From NCBI GenBank assembly GCA_022710585.1, contig JAKLGV010000002.1, forward strand, positions 182,659-246,658: DNA of 64,000 nt. The letters run 5' to 3'. Both the position numbers and the translations under genes were made by a program. The stretch comes from Deltaproteobacteria bacterium. GTDB lineage: Bacteria > Desulfobacterota > Syntrophia > Syntrophales > Smithellaceae. This document shows, piece after piece, positions 9,594-20,516 of the stretch. The notes beneath the pieces are model-generated. The model saw only the letters and a list, made by a program, of their open reading frames with translations, was not told the DNA's origin and made no database searches. Each line of letters opens with the position of its first letter. Positions within the stretch are counted from its first letter, which is position 1.

Positions 9594-11117
9594 GTGCAGC
9601 TGAACCGGTTAATTGAAGGACTGAACATCATCAAACTTCAGGGAAAGACTTCGGAAGACGTTTCCGGAGTGTTTTTTTCGGCGGAGCAATGCATTGAAAA
9701 TTCTCTTTTTGTTGCGATTAAGGGTTTACAGAAGGATGGCCATGACTTTATTGATGAAGCGATTGCGCGGGGGGCGAAGTTCATTGTTTGTGAGCAGGAT
9801 CGACCGTTCCCGCCGGCGGTAACAGTGATCCAGGTGTCCGACAGCCGCCGGGCGCTGGGCATGATCGCCAGGAATTATTTCGGCGATCCGTCGGCCGGCC
9901 TGAAACTCATCGCGGTGATGGGAACCAACGGAAAAACCACCATCACGTATCTGCTGGAGTCCATCCTGCAGGAAGCCGGTTTTCAATGCGGTGTTCTGGG
10001 CACCATCAATTATCGCTACAACCATAAAACGTATGCGGCGCCGAACACGACGCCGGAATCGTACGAAATGCAGAGAATCATGCGCGATATGGCGGATGAC
10101 GGCATCACCCATATTGTCTCCGAGGTCTCGTCGCACGCGGTGGATTTGAAAAGGGTCGATGACTGCGATTTTGATCTGGGTATTTTTACCAATCTCACCC
10201 GCGATCATCTGGATTATCATCTGACCATGGAAAATTACTTTCAGGCCAAGAAAAGATTCTTCGCGGAAATTCTGCCGCAAAGCCGAAAGGTTCACGCTCA
10301 GAAGATGGTCATCAACGCCGATGATCCGTGGGGGCAGAGGATTTTAAATGAGGTTTCGCTTCCGGCGTTTACGTACGGAATGGAAAAAAACTGCGCCGTC
10401 AGACCTGTCCGTTATGCGCTGTCGCTGCAAGGCATTGAAGCGGAAATGAATCTGGCAGGCGACACGGTTTTCATCAAATCACCCCTCATCGGCAAATTTA
10501 ATCTCTACAATATGATGGCCGCCGTGGGAGCGGCTTTTATTTTACAAATTCCCGTCCGTTTTATTCAGCGGGGCATCGAAAAATTAGCCAATGTTCCGGG
10601 GCGGCTGGAGGCGGTGGCCTCAGCGGCTCCGTTCAATGTTTTTGTGGATTACGCGCACACCGATGACGCTCTCAGGCGGGTTTTGCAGACGCTCAGTGAA
10701 CTCAGACAGAAAAGAATCATCACTGTTTTCGGCTGCGGCGGCAATCGGGACAGGGGCAAGAGACCGTTGATGGGCGAAGCGGCCGTCGCTAACAGCGATC
10801 TGACGATCATCACGTCCGACAATCCGCGGATGGAAGAGCCTCTGGACATTATCGCTGAAATAGAGGCTGGCATCGATGGGGGCAACGTCAGGAAATTGGA
10901 AGCGGACCGGTTGACATTGGACGACGGACAGCATTCCTATGCGGTGATTCCCGACCGACGAGGAGCGATTGAAGCGGCGATTGGTGCGGCCCAAAAAGGA
11001 GATATCGTGCTTATCGCGGGGAAAGGCCATGAAGATTACCAGATTCTGGGAACCGAAAAGATATCGTTTGATGATCGTGTGGTGGCCCGGAAGATTTTAG
11101 AGTCAAGGAGCGGATGA
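9594..11117 (+). CDS. murE: UDP-N-acetylmuramoyl-L-alanyl-D-glutamate--2,6-diaminopimelate ligase MurE
   Basis: MGTNGKTT P-loop, the DNPR motif (TSDNPRMEEP), and dcw order support the call. The start codon is GTG. Confidence 0.9.
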   Translation: MQLNRLIEGLNIIKLQGKTSEDVSGVFFSAEQCIENSLFVAIKGLQKDGHDFIDEAIARGAKFIVCEQDRPFPPAVTVIQVSDSRRALGMIARNYFGDPSAGLKLIAVMGTNGKTTITYLLESILQEAGFQCGVLGTINYRYNHKTYAAPNTTPESYEMQRIMRDMADDGITHIVSEVSSHAVDLKRVDDCDFDLGIFTNLTRDHLDYHLTMENYFQAKKRFFAEILPQSRKVHAQKMVINADDPWGQRILNEVSLPAFTYGMEKNCAVRPVRYALSLQGIEAEMNLAGDTVFIKSPLIGKFNLYNMMAAVGAAFILQIPVRFIQRGIEKLANVPGRLEAVASAAPFNVFVDYAHTDDALRRVLQTLSELRQKRIITVFGCGGNRDRGKRPLMGEAAVANSDLTIITSDNPRMEEPLDIIAEIEAGIDGGNVRKLEADRLTLDDGQHSYAVIPDRRGAIEAAIGAAQKGDIVLIAGKGHEDYQILGTEKISFDDRVVARKILESRSG

Positions 11118-11127
11118 AAATTCAGCC

Positions 11128-12591
11128 ATGATCCAGGAATCGCCTTCTTTTTCATTAACGGAAGTATTGCAGGCAACGGCCGGAACTTTAATGTCCGGCG
11201 CGCCGGAGACCGTCTTTCATGGCGTTTCCACTGATTCCCGCGCAATTAAAGAAGGGAATCTTTTTGTCGCTCTCAAAGGTGAGAAGTTTGACGGCCATGA
11301 CTTTGCCGAAGCGGCTATCCGGAAGGGTGTGTCGGGAATTCTGATTCAGGATGAGGGGACAATCCCGCGGGGGAGAGCGGATCAAAAAACAGCAGTTGTG
11401 AAAGTCGCGGACACGCTCGTTGCGCTGGGAGACCTCGCTCATCACTGGAGAAAGAAGTTTTCCATTCCGGTCATCGGCTTAACCGGTTCTTCGGGCAAGA
11501 CAACAACGAAAGAAATGATTACGGCCATCACCGGCCGGGTCAAAAAGACGCTGAAAACAGAGGGCAATCTGAACAATCTGATCGGATTGCCGCAGACGAT
11601 CTTTCGCCTCACCGATGAACATGAACTGGCCATTCTGGAAATGGGCACCAACAGCAGAGGAGAAATCAAGCGACTGACGCAGATAGCCGCCCCGGACATC
11701 GGACTGATCACGAATATCGGTCCCGCGCATCTGGCGGGATTCGGCTCCCTGTCAGTTGTCGGGGAAGAGAAGCGTGATTTATTCATCCATATGCCGGATT
11801 CGGGCACCGCTGTGATTAATCTTGATGATGATTTAATTGCCCCGGCCGCGGAGCGTTGGCGGGGAAGAAAGATCACCTTCAGCATGAGCCCCAACGCCGA
11901 TGTGACGGTCAACGACATCGAGAAGATGGGCGCCCGGGGCATGCGCTTTAACCTGGTGATTGGCGGCATCACGCAGAAAACGGAAATCAAAATCGTCGGT
12001 CTGCATCATGTGCAAAACGCGATGGCGGCGGCCGCCGCGGCTGTTGCCGCCGGTATGGATCTTCGGACCATCTCGGAAGGGTTATCCGATTTCCGGCCGT
12101 TCAGCGGCCGCATGGAAATCATCAAGCTGCGCAACGGGGCTTTTTTAATTGACGATTCCTATAATGCCAATCCCGCTTCCGTGCGGGAAGCATTGATGAC
12201 ATTGAAAGATCTGAAGACCGGCCATAACGGATTTGTTTTTTTAGGTGATATGCTGGAATTGGGAGCGCAGTCGGAAGAGATGCACAGAAAAATCGGAATG
12301 CTGATGGCCACGATCGGAGTCAACGCTCTCTTTCTTCAGGGAGATTTTGCGAAGACGACGGCTGCCGGTGCCGAAGAGGGCGGGTTGTCCCCGGATCATA
12401 TTTTCTTTCTGTCCGGTCGGGAGAACGGATTGGATTGTCTGAAGGATCGTCTGAAAAAGGGAGACTGGATTCTGGTCAAGGGGTCGCGGGGAATGAAGAT
12501 GGAGCGGATCATCACTCAGATAGGCGATCAGTTCGGCTCATACCAATTAAGCGCAGACAGCAAAGCGGCGGATGCAAAGGGAGTAAAATAA
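11128..12591 (+). CDS. murF: UDP-N-acetylmuramoyl-tripeptide--D-alanyl-D-alanine ligase MurF
   Basis: [15 protein letters not shown]-loop, [10 protein letters not shown] motif, and dcw order. Confidence 0.9.
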   Translation: MIQESPSFSLTEVLQATAGTLMSGAPETVFHGVSTDSRAIKEGNLFVALKGEKFDGHDFAEAAIRKGVSGILIQDEGTIPRGRADQKTAVVKVADTLVALGDLAHHWRKKFSIPVIGLTGSSGKTTTKEMITAITGRVKKTLKTEGNLNNLIGLPQTIFRLTDEHELAILEMGTNSRGEIKRLTQIAAPDIGLITNIGPAHLAGFGSLSVVGEEKRDLFIHMPDSGTAVINLDDDLIAPAAERWRGRKITFSMSPNADVTVNDIEKMGARGMRFNLVIGGITQKTEIKIVGLHHVQNAMAAAAAAVAAGMDLRTISEGLSDFRPFSGRMEIIKLRNGAFLIDDSYNANPASVREALMTLKDLKTGHNGFVFLGDMLELGAQSEEMHRKIGMLMATIGVNALFLQGDFAKTTAAGAEEGGLSPDHIFFLSGRENGLDCLKDRLKKGDWILVKGSRGMKMERIITQIGDQFGSYQLSADSKAADAKGVK

Positions 12592-12592
12592 A

Positions 12593-13672
12593 TTGATTTA
12601 CCATTTGTTATATCCTTTACACACCACGATTTCGTTCTTTAACGTTTTTCGCTACATCACGTTTCGGAGCATTTTCGCTTCCATTACCGCGCTTCTGATC
12701 TGTCTGGTTCTGGGCAAGTGGATGATTCAGAAACTGCAAACGATGCAGATTGGCCAGCAGGTGCGGGACGACGGGCCGCAAAGCCATCTGGTGAAGAAGG
12801 GAACGCCGACTATGGGCGGCATTTTGATTATTTTTGCGGTGGTCATTTCCACGTTCCTCTGGACGAATCTTTCCATTAATTACGTCTGGCTGGTCCTGCT
12901 GGTGACGGTCGGCTACGGATTGATCGGCTTTGTTGATGATTACAGCAAACTGGCCGGCAAGAGCTCCAAAGGAATCCCCGGCAAGACAAGACTGATCGCG
13001 GAAATCATTATCGCTTTGTTTGTCAGCACCGTTCTTTATTTCAAGCCGGGATTTAATCTGCACGTGACGATTCCTTTTTTCAAAACGATTTTGCCGGATT
13101 TGGGCTGGGGCTATATTTTCCTTTCCACCTTTATCATTGTGGGGGCCGCCAATGCCGTCAATTTAACGGACGGTCTGGACGGATTGGCGATCGGGCCGGC
13201 CGTCATCTGCTTTGCCACGTATCTCCTTTTTGCCTATTTTGCCGGCAACATCAAAGTCGCGTCGTATCTGCGCGTGACCTATATACCGGGCGCCGGCGAA
13301 CTGGCGGTATTTTGCGGAGCCCTGGTAGGCGCCGGTCTGGGCTTTCTCTGGTTTAACGCTTATCCGGCGGAAGTCTTCATGGGAGATGTCGGGTCGCTTT
13401 CGCTGGGAGGCGCGCTGGGAACAGTGGCCATCATCACCAAACAGGAAATCCTGCTGGCAATCGTGGGCGGTATATTTGTGGTGGAAACCTTCTCAGTCAT
13501 TTTTCAGGTGGGATATTTCAAGATGACCGGGGGGAAGAGGATTTTCCGCATGGCGCCCCTGCATCATCATTTTGAATTAAAGGGATGGGCAGAACCCAAA
13601 GTGATTGTCCGGTTCTGGATCATTTCTATTTTGCTGGCGTTAATGGCCATCAGTACGTTGAAGTTAAGGTAA
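12593..13672 (+). CDS. mraY: Phospho-N-acetylmuramoyl-pentapeptide transferase MraY
   Basis: [33 protein letters not shown] and PLHHHFE motifs are present. The start codon is TTG. Confidence 0.95.
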   Translation: MIYHLLYPLHTTISFFNVFRYITFRSIFASITALLICLVLGKWMIQKLQTMQIGQQVRDDGPQSHLVKKGTPTMGGILIIFAVVISTFLWTNLSINYVWLVLLVTVGYGLIGFVDDYSKLAGKSSKGIPGKTRLIAEIIIALFVSTVLYFKPGFNLHVTIPFFKTILPDLGWGYIFLSTFIIVGAANAVNLTDGLDGLAIGPAVICFATYLLFAYFAGNIKVASYLRVTYIPGAGELAVFCGALVGAGLGFLWFNAYPAEVFMGDVGSLSLGGALGTVAIITKQEILLAIVGGIFVVETFSVIFQVGYFKMTGGKRIFRMAPLHHHFELKGWAEPKVIVRFWIISILLALMAISTLKLR

Positions 13673-13676
13673 GTCC

Positions 13677-15023
13677 ATGGATTGGAAGAGTAAAAAAATA
13701 GTCGTGATCGGCATGGGAAAAACAGGCATCGCCGCGGCCGGGTTTCTGGGAAGACAGGGCGCGAAGGTGATCGCGGTGGATGAGAAATCGCCGGATCAAT
13801 GGGGCGATGAATTCAGCCGGATCGCCCGTGAGCCGTGGCTGACCATCGGCGACTATCACCATATCGATATTTTGAATGGTGCATCAATGGTGGTTCCCTC
13901 TCCCGGCATTCCTCCGAACAATCAACTGCTGGTCGAAGCTCTGAAAAGAAACATATCTGTCATCAGCGAAATTGAACTGGCCTACCGGCTGATCAGAGTT
14001 CCGATCCTTGCCGTGACCGGCACCAATGGCAAGACGACCACGACAACGCTTTTAGGCAAGATTCTGCGGGATTCGGGAAAGAAAGTTTTTGTCGGCGGCA
14101 ACATCGGCAATCCCCTGATTGAATACGCGGAAACAGATCAGCAGGATGACTTCATTGTGGCCGAAATCAGCAGTTTTCAACTGCAGTGGATAGAAAAATT
14201 CAAACCGTTTATCGCTGTGCTTTTGAATATTACCTGCGACCATATTAATTATCACGGTTCTTTTGATGAATACCGCCGCGTGAAGGCCAGCATTTTTGCC
14301 CGTCAGACGAAGAAGGATTTTGCCGTTCTCAACGCTGAAGATCAGGAACAGGCCGGTATCGCCGAGTCGATCAGCGCCCGGACCTATTCCTTCAGCTCCA
14401 AAAATATTTTACCGGAAGGCATCTTTGTCCGCGGGGCAGAAATTGTTTTGAAGATGGGGCAGGCCGCTGAGGAAACTTATCCCCTGGACATGATCCATCT
14501 TCCCGGCGCTCATAATGTGGAAAATGTGATGGCGGCCGTGATGGCGGCGCGTCTCTGCGGATGCTCCCGCGAGGATATCATCGCGTCGGTCAACGCATTC
14601 CGGGGATTGCCGCACCGCATTGAATTCGCGGGCGAAAAGAAATCCGTCAAATTTTACGATGATTCCAAGGGAACGAATGTCGGTTCCGTGCTGCGGGCGC
14701 TGGAGACGTTCGACCGGCCGGTGATTCTGCTTTTAGGCGGCCGGGATAAAGACGGTGATTTTGAAACCCTGCGGCCGCTGCTGAAAACAAAAACTAAAAA
14801 TGTCATTTTATTCGGCGAAGCGCGCGAACGCATCGCTTCACTGATCGGCGAAGACCGGGCGCTTGTAAAAACAGAAAAATTAAGGGAAGCGATCGAGAGC
14901 GCTTATCGGATTGCGGAGCCGGACGATATTATTTTGCTGTCCCCGGGCTGCGCCAGTTTTGATGAATTTGCCAATTATAAGGAACGGGGGAATCATTTCA
15001 AAGAAGTGGTGAGGAATCTGTAA
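13677..15023 (+). CDS. murD: UDP-N-acetylmuramoylalanine--D-glutamate ligase MurD
   Basis: GMGKTG Rossmann start, TGTNGKTTTT P-loop, and dcw order. Confidence 0.9.
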   Translation: MDWKSKKIVVIGMGKTGIAAAGFLGRQGAKVIAVDEKSPDQWGDEFSRIAREPWLTIGDYHHIDILNGASMVVPSPGIPPNNQLLVEALKRNISVISEIELAYRLIRVPILAVTGTNGKTTTTTLLGKILRDSGKKVFVGGNIGNPLIEYAETDQQDDFIVAEISSFQLQWIEKFKPFIAVLLNITCDHINYHGSFDEYRRVKASIFARQTKKDFAVLNAEDQEQAGIAESISARTYSFSSKNILPEGIFVRGAEIVLKMGQAAEETYPLDMIHLPGAHNVENVMAAVMAARLCGCSREDIIASVNAFRGLPHRIEFAGEKKSVKFYDDSKGTNVGSVLRALETFDRPVILLLGGRDKDGDFETLRPLLKTKTKNVILFGEARERIASLIGEDRALVKTEKLREAIESAYRIAEPDDIILLSPGCASFDEFANYKERGNHFKEVVRNL

Positions 15024-16133
15024 ATGGAAGCGGCGTATAAAAAAGAGGACCGAATCCCGGACGTTATTCTTCTTCTGGTCACATTGCTGCTGGTGGTGGT
15101 CGGCACGGCGATGATCTATTCGTCCAGCTCCATTATCGCGCTGGAAAAATTCAAAGACAGCCAGTATTTTTTAAAGAAACAACTGGCCTTTGTTTTTATC
15201 GGCATGATCTCCATGATTGTGATGACCAAACTTCCCTACAGTTATCTGAGGAAGCTGGCCTACCCGGGGATTGTGCTGTCGCTGGTTCTCCTGACCGCTC
15301 TGTTTATCCCGTCCGTTGGCATGAGGCGCGGCGGTGCGACCCGCTGGTTGAACCTGGGCGGATTTTCATTCCAGGTGACCGAGCTGGTCAAGATCGCCAT
15401 CGTGATTTTTCTGGCGCATTTGCTGACGCGTAAAGCGTATCAGATCACAAACTTTGCCCGGGGGGTGCTGGTGCCTCTGGGCGCGACGTCCGTCGTGATC
15501 GTGCTGATCCTGCTGGAGCCGGATTTCGGAACGTCGGCGATCATCGCGAGCATCTTACTGATGATGCTGTGCATTGCGGGGGCGCAGATGAAGCATCTTC
15601 TGTGTCTGGTCGGGGCTTTCATTCCCATTGGCGTGGCGCTGATTTTATACAAGGGTTACCGACTGACGCGCTTAACCGCTTTCCTGGATCCCTGGAAAGA
15701 CGCGGATAATACCGGATTTCAGATTATCCAGTCGCTGATTTCTTTCGGTTCCGGCGGCGCTTTCGGCGTGGGGATCGGTGACGGCATGCAGAAATTATTT
15801 TATCTGCCCGAGCCGCATACGGATTTCATTCTCTCCATCATTGCGGAAGAAAGCGGCTTCATCGGCGTGGCGATTGTCATCGCCATGTTCGCACTCTTCG
15901 CGTTTCGCGGTTTTGTGATCGCTTTGAAAGCTCCTGATCTTTTCGGGAGTTTGCTGGCCGCCGGTCTGACGATGGTGATTTCTCTAGAGGCGTTCATCAA
16001 TATCGCCGGCGTGATGGGTCTTATCCCTTTAAAGGGATTGGTGCTACCTTTCCTGAGTTACGGCGGGACGGCTTTTATTATGAGTATGACGGCGGTGGGT
16101 ATTCTGCTGAATATTTCCACACAGACGTCATAG
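15024..16133 (+). CDS. ftsW: SEDS-family peptidoglycan polymerase / cell division protein FtsW
   Basis: Polytopic membrane protein. The LPEPHTDFI motif is present. It lies between murD and murG. Confidence 0.9.
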   Translation: MEAAYKKEDRIPDVILLLVTLLLVVVGTAMIYSSSSIIALEKFKDSQYFLKKQLAFVFIGMISMIVMTKLPYSYLRKLAYPGIVLSLVLLTALFIPSVGMRRGGATRWLNLGGFSFQVTELVKIAIVIFLAHLLTRKAYQITNFARGVLVPLGATSVVIVLILLEPDFGTSAIIASILLMMLCIAGAQMKHLLCLVGAFIPIGVALILYKGYRLTRLTAFLDPWKDADNTGFQIIQSLISFGSGGAFGVGIGDGMQKLFYLPEPHTDFILSIIAEESGFIGVAIVIAMFALFAFRGFVIALKAPDLFGSLLAAGLTMVISLEAFINIAGVMGLIPLKGLVLPFLSYGGTAFIMSMTAVGILLNISTQTS

Positions 16134-16170
16134 CGCAACGTGGAACAAATTTGATTTGAGGCGGAGTAAA

Positions 16171-17265
16171 ATGCGGATTGTCATTGCGGGAGGAGGAACG
16201 GGCGGACATTTATTTCCCGGCATTGCGATCGCTGAAGAATTTCTGAGGAGGGATGATCAGGCGCAGATTATTTTTATCGGAACCAGGAGAGGGATTGAAA
16301 GCAGACTGCTGGGTCAACTGGGTTATGAACTTAGAGAAATTGATATTGAAGGCGTCAAGGGACGCGGAGTGAAGGCGTTGATGAAAGGTGTTTATCAGAT
16401 TCCCAAAAGCATGGGCCAATCCAGACGGATTTTAAAACAGTTCTGTCCGGATATGGTGGTGGGGGTTGGCGGCTACGCCTCGGGCCCCGCGCTCCTGACG
16501 GCGCACTGGATGGGTTTGCCGACGGCGATCGCGGAGCAGAATGCCGTGCCCGGCGTCACCAACAAGATCCTGGGGAGGTTCGCCGATAAAATATTCGTGA
16601 CCTATGAGCAGAGCCGATCATTCTTTCCGCAGTCCAAGGTCATTATCAGCGGCAATCCGGTCCGGGCTTCCTTTTCTTCCGGGAAGCGGAAAGAGAAAGT
16701 GGCAAAGACGCATCGGCAACTGCTAGTTTTTGGCGGCTCGCAGGGAGCGGAAGCGATAAACCGGAGTGTGATCGAAATTCTGCCGCAACTCAGCCGGATG
16801 AAAGATGATATACACGTTCTTCATCAGACCGGCCAGCGGCAGTTGGAGGATGTTAAAAAGGCGTATGAACAATCTGGAATTCAGGCGGAGGTCAAGGCTT
16901 TTATTGTGGAGATGGCCCAGGCTTATGCCGATGCCGACCTGATCATCTGCCGCGCCGGTGCCACGTCACTGGCGGAGATCACCGCGGCGGGCAAAGCGGC
17001 AATTTTAATTCCTTATCCGTGGGCCGCGAATGATCATCAATTGAAAAACGCTCAGGCGCTCGAGGCGGAAGGCGCCGCGGCGGTTATTCCCGAACGTGAG
17101 CTCAGTGGCAGCAAGCTGTTCGGCGTGGTGGAGGATTTGCTCCGCGATGAGAAAAAACTGAAACGGATGGAAGAAAATTCATTGAAAATCAGCAAAATTG
17201 ACGCGGCGGCAACCATTGTTGACGCCTGTATGCATTTGATGACTGAGAAAAACAGCAACCTTTAG
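16171..17265 (+). CDS. murG: Undecaprenyldiphospho-muramoylpentapeptide beta-N-acetylglucosaminyltransferase MurG
   Basis: MRIVIAGGGTGGHLFP follows GAGGCGGAG. The track ORF starts at 16156. Confidence 0.9.
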   Translation: MRIVIAGGGTGGHLFPGIAIAEEFLRRDDQAQIIFIGTRRGIESRLLGQLGYELREIDIEGVKGRGVKALMKGVYQIPKSMGQSRRILKQFCPDMVVGVGGYASGPALLTAHWMGLPTAIAEQNAVPGVTNKILGRFADKIFVTYEQSRSFFPQSKVIISGNPVRASFSSGKRKEKVAKTHRQLLVFGGSQGAEAINRSVIEILPQLSRMKDDIHVLHQTGQRQLEDVKKAYEQSGIQAEVKAFIVEMAQAYADADLIICRAGATSLAEITAAGKAAILIPYPWAANDHQLKNAQALEAEGAAAVIPERELSGSKLFGVVEDLLRDEKKLKRMEENSLKISKIDAAATIVDACMHLMTEKNSNL

Positions 17266-17284
17266 CGATAAGAGCATAGAAACC

Positions 17285-18703
17285 ATGATGAAAAAAGATA
17301 AAGAAAAAAGCCTGATGCAGCGCAAAGTCAAGCGCATTCATTTTGTCGGCATCGGGGGGATCGGGATGAGCGGCATTGCCGAGGTTCTGGTCAATCTGGG
17401 CTACAATGTGAGCGGCTCCGACGTTCAGCCGTCGGAGACGACAGCGAGACTTCAGAAAATCGGCGCGAAGATTGTAATCGGGCACGCGGCGGAGAACATC
17501 GGCAATGCCGATGTGGTGGTCACCTCCACGGCGGTCCGGGAAAATAATCCGGAAGTGGCGGAAGCGCACCGGCGGAGTATTCCGGTCATCCCGCGAGCGG
17601 AAATGCTGGCGGAGCTGCTCAAAATGAAATTTTCCGTGGCCGTTTCCGGCAGCCACGGGAAAACCACGACCACGTCCATGGTTTCCACCATTCTGGCGCA
17701 GGGCGAACTGGATCCGACGATGGTCATCGGGGGAAAGCTGGCCAGCATCGGCAGCAATGCGCGTCTGGGCGACGGTGAAATCATTGTCGCGGAAGCCGAT
17801 GAAAGCGATGGATCATTTCTGAAATTGTCGCCGACCATCGCGGTGATTACCAATATCGACCGCGAACATCTGGATTATTATCCGGGGATCAATGAAATCA
17901 AAGACGCGTTTCTTAAATTTGCCAACATCGTTCCCTTTTACGGCTGCACGGTGGTCTGTGTCGATAACGCGCACGTGCGGGAAATCATTCCTTCGATCAA
18001 ACGCCGGATGATCACTTACGGCATTGAAACGCCCGCGGACTACAGCGCCGTGGACATTAAATTCTCGAAACGAAAGACATGCTACACGCTGATTTATAAA
18101 GGAGAGAAACTGGGCAAAATTGAATTGATTGTGCCCGGTCTGTTCAATGTTTACAATTCCATGGCGGCGATCGCGGTGGCCCGGGAGCTGAATCTCGACA
18201 TGCCCACCATCCGGGAAGGTTTGAAGAGCTTTTCCGGCGTGCAGCGCCGCATGGAAATCAAGGGGCGGGTGGGCGATATCACCGTGGTGGATGATTACGG
18301 ACACCATCCGACGGAGATCAAGGAGACGCTGGCCGCCATGCGTCAGATCTGGCAGGACAGACTGATTGTCGTCTTTCAGCCGCACCGCTTTACCCGGACG
18401 AAGGCGCTGTTTGAAGAGTTCACCCGGGCCTTCAAAGATGTGGATATCTTAATCTTAAATGACATTTATCCGGCCAGCGAGGAGCCGATCGAGGGGATTA
18501 CGTCCGCGGCGCTGGGCGAAGCGATCAGCAAGGTGGGGCCAAAGCAGGTGGAGTATATTTCCGGCGCGGAAGCAACTGTCGAATATCTGCTCCGGACGGT
18601 TCGGGCAAAGGATACCGTCGCCACCATTGGCGCGGGGAGCATTTACAAGATTGGTGAGGCGTTCATCCAAGAATTAGTGGCAAGGGAAACCAAGAAGCAA
18701 TGA
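17285..18703 (+). CDS. murC: UDP-N-acetylmuramate--L-alanine ligase MurC
   Basis: IHFVGIGGIGMSGIA and GSHGKTTTTSM motifs, plus dcw order. Confidence 0.9.
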   Translation: MMKKDKEKSLMQRKVKRIHFVGIGGIGMSGIAEVLVNLGYNVSGSDVQPSETTARLQKIGAKIVIGHAAENIGNADVVVTSTAVRENNPEVAEAHRRSIPVIPRAEMLAELLKMKFSVAVSGSHGKTTTTSMVSTILAQGELDPTMVIGGKLASIGSNARLGDGEIIVAEADESDGSFLKLSPTIAVITNIDREHLDYYPGINEIKDAFLKFANIVPFYGCTVVCVDNAHVREIIPSIKRRMITYGIETPADYSAVDIKFSKRKTCYTLIYKGEKLGKIELIVPGLFNVYNSMAAIAVARELNLDMPTIREGLKSFSGVQRRMEIKGRVGDITVVDDYGHHPTEIKETLAAMRQIWQDRLIVVFQPHRFTRTKALFEEFTRAFKDVDILILNDIYPASEEPIEGITSAALGEAISKVGPKQVEYISGAEATVEYLLRTVRAKDTVATIGAGSIYKIGEAFIQELVARETKKQ

Positions 18704-19638
18704 CCGATGGTAACGCGATTAAAGAGGCGCTCGGCTCAATGGATGCCGGGAGGGTTTTCTACGATGAAAAGATGTCCGGCCATACCTCGCTGAAGGTTGG
18801 CGGCAGCGCTGACGCGCTCATCGTGATTGAAAATGAGCATCAGCTGGTCGCGGTGGTCCGAAAGCTCAGGGAAAAGAATATCAAATTTTTCACGGTGGGG
18901 AATTTGACCAATATCATCGTGCGGGATGGAGGATACAGGGGGGCTGTTTTACTGATGACGGGGATGAAAGATATCCAGTGCCGGCCTTTGGCCGGAGACA
19001 ACGTCCTGATGGCCGCGATGGCGGGAGCATCGCTTGCCAAAGTTGTCTCTCAGTCTGTCGCGGAGGAGCTGACGGGCGTGGAATTTTGCGCCGGCATTCC
19101 AGGCAGCGTTGGCGGCGCCGTCTGGATGAACGCCGGGGCTTACGGAAAAGAAATGAAGGATGTGATTCAGGAGGTTGATATTCTGGATACCTCATCCATG
19201 AAAAGAGTCATGAGTCGGGACGAAATCGCTTTCAGCTACCGCCATACGGATTTTCCTGACCGGACGATTATCCTGGGCGCCCGGTTTAAGCTGGTAAAGG
19301 GTGAACGTGCGAAGATTAAGGAAAGAATAAATGACATCATGAAATCGAGGCAGGAAAAACACCCGCTGGAATATCCCAGTGCCGGATCTGTTTTCAAGAA
19401 CTTGCCGGGGATGCCGGCCGGAAAAATCATTGAGGACATGGGCCTCAAGGGCACGGTGATCGGCGGCGCGGAAATATCGCCCCGGCATGCCAATTTTATT
19501 ATTAACCGGGGCGGGGCCACTGCCGCGGATATTCTGGGCCTGATTGAGCTGATTCAATTCCGGGCCCGGAAAGAAAAGGGCGTGGCGCTGGAGACGGAAG
19601 TAGTCATTATCGGAGAAAATGAATGTTCGGAAAAATAA
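18700..19638 (+). CDS. murB: UDP-N-acetylenolpyruvoylglucosamine reductase MurB
   Basis: FAD-binding PCMH-type N-terminus (TSLKVGGSAD) and a GSVFKN motif. It overlaps the murC stop by 4 nt. Confidence 0.9.
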   Translation: MTDGNAIKEALGSMDAGRVFYDEKMSGHTSLKVGGSADALIVIENEHQLVAVVRKLREKNIKFFTVGNLTNIIVRDGGYRGAVLLMTGMKDIQCRPLAGDNVLMAAMAGASLAKVVSQSVAEELTGVEFCAGIPGSVGGAVWMNAGAYGKEMKDVIQEVDILDTSSMKRVMSRDEIAFSYRHTDFPDRTIILGARFKLVKGERAKIKERINDIMKSRQEKHPLEYPSAGSVFKNLPGMPAGKIIEDMGLKGTVIGGAEISPRHANFIINRGGATAADILGLIELIQFRARKEKGVALETEVVIIGENECSEK

Positions 19639-20477
19639 TGCGCAAAAAATCGGAAATTGAAAAAAAGCAAAACAGGATGCGCCGGCGCTTAGGCAATGTT
19701 TCCGGTGAGTTGCTGACCGCGCTGATTATGTTGTCGGCGGCCGCCTGCCTGACCGTGGTCTTTATTTATGCATACAGCGTGATGTTCAGCAGTCCTTATT
19801 TTCAGATTCAGGAAATATCCGTGCGCGGCTTAAAGGAGCTGACCGAAAAAGATATCCTCGCCTCGGCGAACATCCAGCTCAAGCAGAGCATTTTTTCCGT
19901 CAATACGGAGGCCGTTGTGCACCGGATTCGCGCCAATCAGTGGGTGGAAAATGTTTATGTCGGCAGAGAATATCCTGGCCGGCTGGTTCTGGAAGTGCAA
20001 GAAAGAACCCCGCTGGCCCTGGTGAAGCAGTCTGAAAATTTTTATCTGATGGACGCGAAGGGTTTTGTGTTTAAGAGGCTGGCGAAAAACGACGCAGTTG
20101 ATCTTCCGGTCATCACCGGTGTTCAGCAAGCGGGCAACCTGGCGACGCCGTTTATGCTGAGCACACTGACCTTTTTGCAGACGGTGTCCCGCTCTGAAGA
20201 ATATGCCTATCTGGGCACGATTGCGGAAATTAATATTGATCAGATTTTCGGACTGTCGCTTATTTTTGACAAGGGGCTTTACCTGAAGCTCGGCACGGAC
20301 GGTTTTGATAACAAACTGAAAAAGCTCAAAAACGTGCTGGCCGATCTGGAAAACAGGGGGATGAAAACCGGTTATTTATGTATTGATTTATCCGATGAGT
20401 CCAAGGTGACGATCAAGCGCAAAAACATTCCGGAGCGAATGGCGCAGGACGATAAGAGCAAACAATATCAGATATAA
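19623..20477 (+). CDS. ftsQ: Cell division protein FtsQ (POTRA domain)
   Basis: Single TM segment followed by a POTRA-like segment (IQEISVRGLKELTEKDI). It sits in the dcw position. An alternative ATG at 19638 overlaps the murB stop (TAATG). Confidence 0.8.
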   Translation: MFGKIMRKKSEIEKKQNRMRRRLGNVSGELLTALIMLSAAACLTVVFIYAYSVMFSSPYFQIQEISVRGLKELTEKDILASANIQLKQSIFSVNTEAVVHRIRANQWVENVYVGREYPGRLVLEVQERTPLALVKQSENFYLMDAKGFVFKRLAKNDAVDLPVITGVQQAGNLATPFMLSTLTFLQTVSRSEEYAYLGTIAEINIDQIFGLSLIFDKGLYLKLGTDGFDNKLKKLKNVLADLENRGMKTGYLCIDLSDESKVTIKRKNIPERMAQDDKSKQYQI

Positions 20478-20516
20478 AAAATGATTCATGAGCAAAACTA
20501 AAAAGAGGGGAAAGCA